Shown here one piece after another: positions 1 through 11,208 of a stretch of DNA of 64,000 bases. Position 1 is the stretch's first letter; each line of letters opens with the position of its first letter. The position numbers and the translations under genes are program-made. The DNA lies in assembly GCA_020536535.1 (NCBI GenBank), contig JAHLWZ010000505.1, positions 1 to 64,000 of the forward strand, given 5' to 3'. Source of the DNA: Pelomyxa schiedti (taxonomy: Eukaryota > Protista > Evosea). The notes beneath the pieces are model-generated. The model had not been told where the DNA came from. It ran no database searches and saw only the letters and a list, made by a program, of their open reading frames with translations.

Positions 1-473
1 GATAGCCAAGAAGGAACAATCAACTCAATTGCCGTTGCTGACCACCCTATGTCATCAGCCTGGATAAGCGGTTCACGCTTTGCAATTTGCCACAAAAAAC
101 CCAGAACTGCCTGGGAGGTTTTGAACCTCAACTCTCCGCCACGAAATACCACAGCACAGGAATTCACAAGGAGGCTATCTACGTTACCTGGACCACTTGC
201 TGCTCTGTTGAAGGGATGCCTTATGTTCCGTTCACATGGCAACACAGTGGATGTTTATGGCGTGAGACCTGCCGTTTTTGTAATGTCTATTTAGGATGCT
301 TACTTTTTCTAACACACATTCAAGAGACCCAGCCGAACAAAAAATTTTACCCCCACCATCCAATATATGACTGTAAGGCCAAATGTACCCAACAACCAAC
401 TCAACGACCACACCTTCCTTCTCCTGAAACAACAACACCAAAAAGCACCTTACAACAAACTTCAACTGATTGA
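1..473 (+). CDS. 3' part of a hypothetical protein entering from the left edge
   Basis: Frame 1 is open from base 1 (DSQEGTINS...TVDVYG). A probable short intron ending TTTAG at ~294 would join it to the frame ending at 473. No recognisable domain. Confidence 0.3.
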
Positions 474-605
474 TTACAAGCGTTGCTACAAGTTGGTTTT
501 TTTTTTCGCTTGTCTTTCCCAAGATTATCCCATGAAGAATATTCAGGACGTGGGGAACCCACAATGGCTAGACTGAGAGAGTGAGTTGCTTGGAAAGCGA
601 GTGAA

Positions 606-692
606 AGTTCAGTTAAGTTTGGCGGCGGCGGCGGACTTCAGTTCAGTTAAGAGCCACCAAACTTAACTGAACTGAAGTCCGCCACCGCCAAA
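606..692. repeat. Intergenic inverted repeat / foldback hairpin
   Basis: 618-651 TTTGGCGGCGGCGGCGGACTTCAGTTCAGTTAAG is the reverse complement of 662-692 CTTAACTGAACTGAAGTCCGCCACCGCCAAA, apart from one extra GGC and one mismatch. An extra AGTTCAGTTAAG copy lies at 606-617. Confidence 0.85.
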
Positions 693-798
693 GTTGTTCT
701 ATGGACAACCGCACCCACAACCCAAGGTGGCTCCAACTTTTTGCGGAACCTCCAACAAACAAATTGCGTTTCTTTTGGTGGTTTTTTTTTTTTGGCTA

Positions 799-3052
799 CT
801 ATTGCTTTTTGGTTGGTTCTTGTGATTGCGTGGGTGTAGAAGGTGCAGCGGTTGTTGTTGTAGTGGGAGTTTTGTGGACAATGACTATTTTTATGCCTGA
901 GGAAGATGTGGATGGCCTTGTGACCTGGGACGAGTCTGCTGGTGAAATGGGTTGTGTGGGATGTGACTGTTGCTGGGCGGGGGGGGCAGAGGGATTTGCT
1001 GCTGTTGGTGATGTCGTTGCTGTGGTTGTGGTCTTTGATGGTGCCGTTTGCTTGTTTTGTTGGGTTGTGGGCCGATTTAGCCGGTTGGCTGCGGCTACTT
1101 CCTCTCGGGTTGTGGACTTGAAGCCGAGCAAGTCGGGCCTGGACACATACTTTTTCTTCTTGCCCTTGGAAGATGCTGATGGTTGCTGTTGCTGCGGCGG
1201 CTGTGGTTGTTGCTGCTGCGGAATTATGGGTTGTTGCACTAGAGGTGGAGCGAGAGTTGCTGATGCAGAAGTGGAGTAATATACCGTAGTGCGTTGAGAG
1301 GGGGCGGACTGTTGTTGTTGTTGATGATGCTGCTGTTGCTGTTGCTGAGGAGGAGCTGTTTTCTTTTGGGCTGGTGATTGTGAGGACGACGAAGCGGTTG
1401 TTGTTGACGTCGTGGGGAGAGTCTGAATAAAGGCTGGCAAGTGAATTTGTGCGGTTTTCACTGGGCCTGTTTGCTGTGGAGGGTATCGTGTAGTGGGCTG
1501 TGAGGCAGGGGACTTACTTGGGGTTGGTGAAGCTGCTTTTTGTGGAGGAGGGGATGTGGAAAGTTGCGGAGTTTTTGAAGAGGGCTGTTTCTTCTTTTTG
1601 TCCTTTGGTGCGGCAGTTGTGGCTGGGATTGCGGGTGCATTCTTTGTCACTTGAATTGTTATTTTGGTGTTTGTCACCTTTGACTCCACAGTGGTTGTGA
1701 CTATGGTGGGTGGCGGGGGCACCAACTTTTTTGAGGATATAATTGACTTCACTTCTTCTACTGCTTTGCCAAAATTGGTGCTCATTCCCTTGGCTACAAC
1801 TTGCAGTCCAGTTTCGTCTGTCATTGAGGTGAGTTTGGAGACCATATTCATTGCTTTACCTTCGACGAAATTCAAATCCATATTGTATTTATCTCTCAGT
1901 GTGAGCTGATAACTAGCAAGATACTAGGTGTTTTCAGTATCAGTACGAGACGGAAATTCGTACCTCACGTTTCGATGTTGGCACCGGGAGGGTTACTTCT
2001 ATATCTTGTTTAGCCTTGCGCTCTTTCTCTTTTCTTGCCCGTTCCTGTTGTTCTTGCTCCCTGAGGAGCCTCTCTTTTCTTTCCTTTTCAGCAATCATTC
2101 GACGACAGTCCCAACTTGCTTTTCTCTTCGTTTGCACGCCTTTCAAAATAAGGACAACAGTGAAAGCAGATTAGGTGATTACATCAACAATTTCGAGAAT
2201 GCTCAGTCTTGCTTTGTTCCTGGCATCATCAGGGCCCATTATCGTAATAGTGCAGTTGTGATTGATGGATTCATCAACTACAAGCCTCACACCACATTGG
2301 GCCTCAATCGAGTGCATTACACTACCAGCACTCCCTTTGTACGTTGTTAATGACAATATCGTTGTAGGTTATACCAATTACAAGTGCCACATACTGTTGG
2401 CCCACTTGCATTTCCATCTTAGGAATATAAGGTTCCATAAGATAACGAACTTTTGGGGGCAGTATGTCAAGTGGAACAACACCAAATTTATTAACAGCAA
2501 GTGGGTTTGCCCCTAACACAGGTTTAAGTTGTGAGGGAAAAAAAAAAAACAAACATTTTGACAATAGCAGTGACAGTAAGTCTGCTACTCATGAGGTCGC
2601 CATTGGAAAATCTTGCAATGGGCTAACAGCCAAACGATGAAGTGGCGTCGACCCCAAGCCGTTCTTGCAGTTGGGATTACCTCCTTTATCCAGCAAGTAC
2701 CGCAACACACTTTTGGTTATACATCACAAATAAAGAAAAAGAATACATATGGGTAAAAAAAAAAAAAAAAAGAGAACATACTTGATCAGGCCCTTGAAAG
2801 AGGCGATGTGCAAAGCAGTATCACCCTCCACGTCCTGCCCTCTACCTCTATAGCGTTCTTCAATCCTTTAGTGTGTCACCATCAGCGACCAACTGAGCCA
2901 ACGACTTACACCCCTCTTGTGTACTTGGCCCCACAACCACGGGAACCGCAGCCACCTCGGCCCCTGCCCCTGCCCCTGCCCTGCCCCTGCCCCTGCCCCA
3001 TCCCCATCCCCAGCATTAGCACTCGCACTCTCTGCTGTGGTCTCTTCTCCAT
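799..3052 (-). CDS. Ankyrin-repeat + KH-domain protein with low-complexity Pro/Gln/Thr C-terminus (multi-exon)
   Basis: Ankyrin motifs QDVEGDTALHIASFKG (~2780-2840), LLDKGGNPNCKNGLGSTPLH (~2640-2700) and GANPLAVNKFGVVPLD. Spliced KH motif VALVIGSAGSVMHSIEAQCGVRL has the GxxG loop. Coiled coil at 1990-2100. Start codon uncertain. Confidence 0.75.
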
Positions 3053-3918
3053 TCGCCCCTGTGGCGTCGGCCTCCTCCGCCTCGCCGGCTTCCTCGCCTG
3101 CTCAACGAAGAACTTTTGGTTTATTAGTACCAAAACCTCCAAGAAATAACGTACTCATTGGATGACAACGAATGGGACATAATAACAGGGCAATGAGGGT
3201 CACGTGGGTTGTGTTGGTTCTGTGTACCCTTGTGGGTGCATCGTCGTTTAGAATCATAAGTAATCATCAACTGGTCGGTCAACCACGCTTCGATTCCAAA
3301 TGTTACTAAAAGAACTAATTGTAATGGGGATAAACCCAAGGCAAGTTCCCTCTGGAGGTATTTAACATTCTATGGAGGGTAGTTTCAACCCAAATAGTAA
3401 CAGATAAGACTGACCAAACCCAGGTTTATAATATTGGTGTATTATCCCCCAAAGCATTACCTTTTTATCCTTGTATTATTTATTGTTACTAGGTTGGAAC
3501 TCCAATATACATGCCTCGGGTATAGTTTACCTCTTTCCCCCTTCACCTTCTTGACGTTTCTCACAGGAACTTCTGTCCTATGGGAAGGTTGCTATATTCC
3601 TAATCCTCCAAATAGACTACTTATTTGATTGAGTAGTATAAACAAAGTGTGGATGGGTACAGGCACCACTCAAACCTCCATCTATTCACACTTTGCTTCT
3701 TTATATATACTCCTTACAAATTACCGCAATACCTCCAATCCCTAGGCAGGTCAGCATGCTGAAAGCAATCAAAAAAACCTACAAGTTTCCTTCCTCTCGG
3801 ACTTCAACCAGAACCAATGTTTATTTGTTATTGTGATTCACAAAGTAAGCGGCTGGAACGGTGGAATTCAATGAAACAGGTTGTGAAATAACCACGTGAA
3901 ATCGCCGCGGGTTGTCAC

Positions 3919-6140
3919 TCAGATACGGCAATCTCTGCGTGTCCTTTTCCTCTTCTTGGATGAAGACGAGGACGACGATGACGAGGATGAGTATGAAGAC
4001 GAGGGCACCGAAGACGAAGGGGATGATGGACTGTTCTTAGTCTTCCTTGCTGTCTTGTTCCTGTCATAAATTCTGTTTCCGTTGGTTGTTCTATGAATTG
4101 GTGGTGAGGAGGAAGAAGAGGAACCAGCTTTCTTCAGCCTCTTAATAGAGGGAGCTTCTTTTCCGGTGTGATTTTGTCTCTCCTTTCCTGGTGCTGATAA
4201 AACAACAACTTTCTCCTCCACTTCATCATCATCGGCTTCCACGTCTTTTTCCTCTTCAACACCAACAGTGGTACTCCCGATTCCATGCTCTGCGGCCTCA
4301 CTGCCTTCTTCAACATCAGGAATGTTGCTCACAACATCGGCGGCATCACCATAAGCATTTTTTCTTATCCCCAGTGGGCTTCTCTTCAGGCGGAATATCC
4401 CATTGTCAGCATCAAAGTCAAGAAGAGCAGCGAAAACTGGTCTTCCATCAAGAACGGACTCCTTGTTGGCACTTGGTGGTGGGTTCTCGAGGATGATCTG
4501 AAGAGCTCCTTCTGTTGATGGACGCTTGTTTAGGTCCTTCTCGGTGAGGCGCCTGGCCCACGTTGTAACTTGGGGGAACATTTCTGGATCATGGTCTTTG
4601 AAGAAAGGAGTCTTCAGCAGCATGGTTCCAAGCATGAACACATCAGACTTGGCACTGCATGTTTTGTCAACAGGTTCTTCCCTGAGCACCACCCCTCGAG
4701 GGTAAGGTGTGCCAAACTCAGCTGCAAATTCCAGGTCAATCAGCAGCCATGCATTTGTTTGTGGGTTAAACACAACATTTGCCCACCGCACGTCGCGGTG
4801 GGCCATTCCAAGGCCATGGAGTCCTGCAAGGGCAAACAAGGTGCTCACAGCGGCCACAAAAAGCTCCAGTTCATCTGTTGCACAGCGCTGATCCCCAACT
4901 GGAGTAAGTGTGACTGTGACCCACTCTGGGCATACAAAATCATCGTCAGCCACAGCAGAACTTCCTTTTGATGTGGAAGAAGCACCCTGCTTTGGTTTTG
5001 TGATAGTAGGAGGTTTGTTTGGGCACTCAACAGCATGTATTATAAAGGGTTGTAAATTGACATCAACAATATTCCGCACTTTCTCATATATTGAGTAAAA
5101 AGTATCAATAGAGAAAGTAGCACTTGGTGGGGAAGGAAGGGGGGTAAATTAGCATTTAGATGTTGTTCGCTCCAACTAACAAAAGAGATACCAATCAGTG
5201 CTGATTTTCTTTTGGATGTGTCCGTCTATTGTCAAGGTGACCACACAATTTGGGGAATTTGTCAGTTCAATAGGCTGGCGCAACGGGATCTAAGGAAAAG
5301 TCATCAAATTGTTGAAAGTTTTTTATGTTGTTACCCTATGAAACACATCAAACGTTGTTATCAAACGGCATACATTCAGAATAAAAATGAAAATCTTCAC
5401 CTTATCCTACCCTTTGTCAAAGAAAAAGAAAAAGAGAAAGAAAATCACCCACTTCCTCACACTGTAGGTCAAGAGGGGAACCCAAGGGATCTGTGTAGTA
5501 CTTACCCTCCTCTCGGTAAGTGACACAAGGTTGAAAATGCTGTCCAATTGACACATATGTTACAAGATACTTGGTAGAAGACAGAAACCAGGCATCCTCT
5601 GATGTCTTTTCACGTTCTTCTTTTGGTTTACTCACTTTATGCACACCACATTCTTCTTCACCTTGGATTTTTTTTGGTTAAACGTGGTTATGTTATGGCA
5701 GGCCAGTACGCACCTCTTATCATCACATGACCATCCAAGGAAAAAAACCAGTCTGGATGGTTTTTGCCAGTGATACTAGGTGTTGGAGAGGTTCTTTTAG
5801 CCGTCTCGTGGTAATAATTCCACCATGCATGAAATATTTCTCCAAAGTATGTCTCAAACCAGTGGCCAATTCCCTTTGCATGTTGTATTCCAAGAAGAAT
5901 GAGATCAAGACCCTCACAGCACCTTGGTGGGTCATAGACAAAAATATCTGGGTGATCGCAGGCCAATTGGTGGTTGACACGTGAAACTGGTATTTTCCCA
6001 GTCAATTTAGTCTCCAAAACATAGGTTTTAACTTCAGACATTGTGGGGACTTTGTCAAAAGGTTGTGTCAAGGCTTCAAGGGTTTGTTGTGTCACATCTT
6101 TTTTTTTGTTTTCAAGACAGCAAGTAGACAGGGTGCACAC
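3919..6140 (-). CDS. Crinkler (CRN/CR)-type protein: REase-like domain + atypical protein kinase (multi-exon)
   Basis: Kinase catalytic loop HRDVRWANVV and WLLIDLEFA, plus SDVFMLG and RPST in ORF 3919-5079. Upstream spliced motif HPDWFFSLDGHVMIRGEEE resembles the CRN REase signature PD...RGEEK. Linker RVKIFIFILNVCRLI. C-terminal basic NLS-like KKRKRTRR. Confidence 0.7.
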
Positions 6141-7784
6141 CTTGAGTTTTGATTATTGGAAAGAGGGCAGAACAAGATTTTATCCGTATAATCTTCTTCA
6201 AAAGCTCTTCAGATGCCGTCAAGTTTTGTACTTGAGTTTCAAGGAAGATCTTGTCTGAAGAGTTTTCATTCTCAATGAGAGTGCATAAGCGGTCTTGCTA
6301 TTACTGGGGTAAACGAGTACTAATTTACAAAGCAAAAAGAACCTCTGCATTGAAGAGATGGTCAACAAATTCATCAGGTGAGTGGGATGTGAGCAGAATT
6401 TCGATCAAAGATACAAGGGTATCCACATCATTTGAATGGAGGTTCCAAAATTGTCTTACAGCGACTTCTAAGTCACCACGTGCCATAGCTTGTATCTATG
6501 AAAAAAGGATGAGAAGTGAGACAAGTGAAGACTGTGTGACCTTGTTGATCGCAAGAACTTTAGTTAACTCATGTGGAGTTGAAGACCCCAGCAGAACTTG
6601 CATAAAAACAAAAAGAGAATGCAAACTTTCTGCCTCACTCTCAAGAAGATCTAGACCCAAAGATCTGGATCCAAGGCACAAATCCACCTTGTTTTTGGTG
6701 TAAGCCAAGAAACAGTTTTTATGAAGTCTCACCTTGCTTTTAACAAGTTGCCTAGCAACTTGTTGGGGAGTCTCTGAGTTTAATAGTTGTTGCACAAAAG
6801 GAAGGAGGAGACTGGGCTCCTTTCTGCCCAGAAAGCTCAGATCAATGGTTTGACTGAAAAACGACTGAACCTGTTATTGGTTTGGTGAAAATCAGAATAC
6901 AGTAATTAACTGAGACATCAACTTTATATTCGGCCAAGGTGATGGCATAAGCACTCTCTTCATGGCAGCTATCTAGAGCTGTGATCAAACGCATGAGAGT
7001 TTGAAGTGGTAAGCTTTGCACAAAGTTTGTGGTGTCCAAATTGCCCCCAAGAGTGTCCTTCATCTTCAATTTGTTATTTTTTTGAGTGTTGTCAAATAGA
7101 GAACAAAGAGGGCAGAACCTTATGAAGGGCAAATAACTGCAGCACTTGGTCAAAACTTTGTGGGTTTTGTTGACTCGTCTCATCAAGTCCCAACAGAAAG
7201 GGATGCATGTCATCATAATATGTGGATCCTAGCTTGCGGTTCACTTGATTCAAAACAAGTGTTGTTATCAGTGATGCATCCCCTGAATGAACCCTAGCAA
7301 TGGTGTTCCATGTGTCCATTACAGTTCTCTGCTGGTCTTCAGTGAGATGTTCTGTCCCCACAGGGGATGAATGGGATCCCGCAGAAACCCGTGATTTCTT
7401 CCTGCTGGGGGGTGATGCTTGGTTGCCATTGTTGTGAGAAGTACGTGTTCTTTCAGGAGTATTTGACACCACTGGCAAGGTGTTTATCGATGGTGATGAG
7501 CTGTAACCTCCTTCTTCAACTTCAATTTCTTCTTCTTCTTCTTCTTCTTCTTCTTCTTGTATTAGGGCTTTTATTGCAGGAATGTCACCTCCCCCATTTG
7601 TGTGAATGGTACCGTTATCGAGGGAACCACTCCCACTTCAACTGCGGCAAGCACAAACAGCGAGAGGAGAAGTGGTTGTGATTGGTGACAATGGTGCTGG
7701 TGTGAAAGCTGGTGACGCTGATGACGAGGGGGGCACATGAATGGACCTGATATGTGGTGCCTTGGTGGGTTGGTTTCCCTTCAT
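6141..7784 (-). pseudogene. Disrupted N-terminal region of the CRN-like locus
   Basis: ATG at 7784 is in frame with ORF 7092-7478 but is interrupted by one TGA at 7638-7640 (...CRS*SGSGSLD). An apparent 1-nt frameshift lies near 6230 (ELK/VQNLTASEELL). Exon-like helical segments are separated by GT-AG introns. Confidence 0.45.
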
Positions 7785-7968
7785 GGGCGTTTTAGAATGG
7801 TAACAGCTTCTGTTTATTTGCCCTATAAGAAGCTAAACAAACAACACTAACTCGATCATGGGAAGAGCACACCAGTGTGCTCAGGGCTTACTGCGCCGGC
7901 TTAATGTGTCGTCAATTGCCGGCGTATCACTACGAAAAAACAACCGGAAACGAAAAAGAATACAAAAA

Positions 7969-10900
7969 ATGCAGCCGATCGTTGAAGAAAACCGGCACTG
8001 GAGGAGCGAGACTGGTGGTGTCGCAGTTCCGGGACTGCCGAGATGTGCTCACAGTGCTGCCTTGGCTTGCTCCTCCGTGTCGCCCAACACGATGTTTGTG
8101 TTCGGTGGTTGGAACGGAGATCCAATGAATGACTTGTATGGCCTCTGTCTACCCACTTTTTTTTCCCCGTCGTAATAGTCCTTTGTTTTTTTGCATGCAG
8201 GTTTGCCTTCGACTTGGAGGCGAAAAAATGGTCCCAGCCAGATTTAACAGGGAAACCACCACCGGCAAGAGCTGGTCACACAATGTGAGTNNNNNNNNNN
8301 NNNNNNNNNNNNNNNNNNNNNNNNNNNNNNNNNNNNNNNNNNNNNNNNNNNNNNNNNNNNNNNNNNNNNNNNNNNNNNNNNNNNNNNNNNTTCTGGATTC
8401 CAATTGAATCAAGAGGAGTGGAAATGGGTTTCACATCGCACCCAAGGAGATATTTTACCCTCTCCACGATCAAGGCACACTGTAACATTACTTCCTGACA
8501 ATAGTGAGTTCGAAAATTTTTTTTTTCAAAGGGGAAACATAACTTCCCACTTCCATGTATTCCAGAATCATTACTGCTGATTGGTGGTGGAGATGAAATT
8601 GGAATTAGCAAAGATGATTGTTACATCCTCGATATTGGTTTATTATTTTTAAAAACCCTGTGAAATTAAATAATTCTCTTTCAAGAGAGATTGGAATGGA
8701 GGATCTCTGGGGCAAAAGTCACTCCTCCAACAGCTCCAACAAAACCTTGCAGGTTTTTCTTTGCTTAGTACTTACTTCCGTTTTAAACTCTGCTGGTTAT
8801 TCTCAAAGGAGATGGGGTCATTCCGCAACGTCAGTGCCTTTACAATCATCTGTTGTGGTGTTTGGTGGTAACAATTCTGAGCAACTGAGTGACTTGGATG
8901 TTCTTGACATAAGTATGCAAATTTGCTGATGCTATCCACCCTTTTGTTGAAAATGATCTTTGAGGAACAATGGAATGGAGGAGAATTCCTCCCGTGGGAA
9001 CGTGGCCACAGGCCAGAGCTGGTCACACTATGACACTTGTGGGGGATAATCTCTTATTTTTGTGCAGTGGAGGAGATTCTGAGATTTTTTCTGATGTTGA
9101 TTCAATAATCCTTCTTTTTTATTAATTTGATGATGCAGATGTTATTTCTCGATACCAGTAAGTTTGAATGGACAATCATACCTGGATCTGGTTTCCGCAA
9201 ATAAGAGACCCATTTTTTTTTTGACAACAAAATAGGCCCTGCAAGATGTGTCCATTCATCCGTTTTTTACAAACAGCAAGTTGTACTGTTTGGAGGAACC
9301 GATGGAAACAATTTCTTCCAAGATTTATTATTTTTTGATTTATCTGGTGCNNNNNNNNNNNNNNNNNNNNNNNNNNNNNNNNNNNNNNNNNNNNNNNNNN
9401 NNNNNNNNNNNNNNNNNNNNNNNNNNNNNNNNNNNNNNNNNNNNNNNNNNTTCTGGATTCCAATTGAATCAAGAGGAGTGGAAATGGGTTTCACATCGCA
9501 CCCAAGGAGATATTTTACCCTCTCCACGATCAAGGCACACTGTAACATTACTTCCTGACAATAGTGAGTTCCAATTTTTTTTTTATAAGGGGGAAACATA
9601 ACTTCCCATGTATTCCAGAATCATTACTGCTGATTGGCGGTGGGGATGAAATTGGAATTAGCAAAGATGATTGTTACATCCTTGATATTGGTTATTATTT
9701 TTTAAAAACCTGTGAAATTAAATAATTCTCTTTCAAGAGAGATTGGAATGGAGGATCTCTGGGGCAAAAGTCACTCCTCCAACAGCTCCAACAAAACCCT
9801 GCAGGTGTTTCTTTGCTTAGTACTTACTTCCATTTTAAACTCTGCTTGTTATTCTCAAAGGAGATGGGGTCATTCGGCAACGTCAGTGCCTTTACAGTCA
9901 TCTGTTGTGGTGTTTGGCGGTAACAATTCTGAGCAACTGAGTGACTTGGATGTTCTTGACATAAGTATGCAAATTTACTGATGCTATCCACCCCCTTTTG
10001 TTGAAAATGATCTTTGAGGAACAATGGAATGGAGGAGAATTCCTCCCGTGGGAACGTGGCCACAGGCCAGAGCCGGTCACACGATGACACTTGTGGGGGA
10101 TAATCTCTTATTTTTGTGCAGTGGAGGAGATTCTGAGATTTTTTCTGATGTTGATTCAACAATCCTTCTTTTTTATTAATTTGATGATGCAGATGTTATT
10201 TCTCGATACCAGTAAGTTTGAATGGACAATCATACCTGGATCTGGTTTCCGCAAATAAGAGACCCATTTGTTTTTTGACAACACAAATAGGCCCTGCAAG
10301 ATGTGTCCATTCATCCGTTTTTTACAAACAGCAAGTTGTACTGTTTGGAGGAACCGATGGAAACAATTTCTTCCAAGATTTATTATTTTTTGATTTATCT
10401 GGTGCGTTTCAGCCAGTGAAAACTTGTTTCTCATAATATGTTTCCGTGCAGGTCAGCAAGGAGAACTATCAGAGATGACACGGAAAGCCAGAGGACAAGC
10501 CCCCCCTACCAGAATTCCATCCACACAATATGAAACTGGTTCCGGTTCCCAAAAAACGGCAACATTGGGCACTCTCACAAACACCCCCACTAGCACACCC
10601 GCAATCAACATTACATCAGCAACAGGTTCCGTAATCACACCGGCACTCCCCATCTCTAGCAACACGACCAGTAGACTGCTATCTTCACCAACAACTACAA
10701 AGACCATCCCCATGCCTGTAAATACCGAAGCAACAAACCTACTAATTCCACCAACTCCTGAACAGCAAGGTCATTTCCGCAGGTCCTCGAGCTCCACTGC
10801 AATCAACATCAAGGCACAACCCCAATCGCAAGCACTACCAACGGACACCTCTGCATGGCTCAGTTCACTTGGCTTTGGGTGCTACTGTGCAGCCTTTGCC

Positions 10901-11077
10901 AACCAGAACATTGAGCCGGACATTTTGCCCATGCTGACAGATGAACACCTTGAAAGAGTGCTTGGAATAAGCCGCGTTGGCCACAGGCTCACGCTACTAG
11001 CAGAAATCCATAAGTTGAAGTCCCTCATGAAAGAAAAACCCCTCTCTGCCCCCGCCCACAACAGCAACAAAAGCTAA
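7969..11077 (+). CDS. Kelch-repeat protein with C-terminal SAM domain (multi-exon; spans gaps and a duplicated segment)
   Basis: Kelch motifs PRCAHSA...MFVFGGWNG, PRSRHTVT...LIGGGD, RWGHSAT...VVFGGNN and ARCVHSS...VLFGGTDG. SAM domain AWLSSLGFGCYCAAFANQNIEPDILPMLTDEHLERVLGISRVGHRLTLLAEIHKL. Confidence 0.85.
8291..8390. other. Assembly gap (100 N)
   Basis: Run of N. Confidence 1.
8391..10405 (+). repeat. Near-identical tandem duplicate (8391-9350 vs 9451-10405), each copy starting right after a gap
   Basis: Both copies start TTCTGGATTCCAATTG and end GATTTATCTGGTGC. They differ by scattered SNPs and small intronic indels. Confidence 0.95.
9351..9450. other. Assembly gap (100 N)
   Basis: Run of N. 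Confidence 1.
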
Positions 11078-11208
11078 AAAAACCAAAAGATCAATTCCAC
11101 GCAATTACTCACTTTCGCGCTTCCGAATAACCGTGATGAAAGTGAAGTTTGAACAACAACGAACAAAGGGGAAACTCCAAAACCCAAAGGCCCGGCGCAC
11201 CTGGTCTG

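Noticed and set aside
7527-7558. Microsatellites: (TTC)n here, (CCCTGC)n ~2961-3000, (GA)n 28312-28331, (GAGGGC)n ~38928-38951
   Set aside because: Ordinary simple repeats, mostly encoding low-complexity peptides; not CRISPR-like.
7638-7640. In-frame TGA as selenocysteine or stop-codon reassignment
   Set aside because: It lies in a low-complexity Ser/Gly tract, TGA terminates several other genes here, and a nearby frameshift points to decay.
8391-10405. True internal exon duplication in the kelch gene
   Set aside because: Both copies begin exactly at 100-N gaps, which is typical of mis-scaffolded haplotypes.
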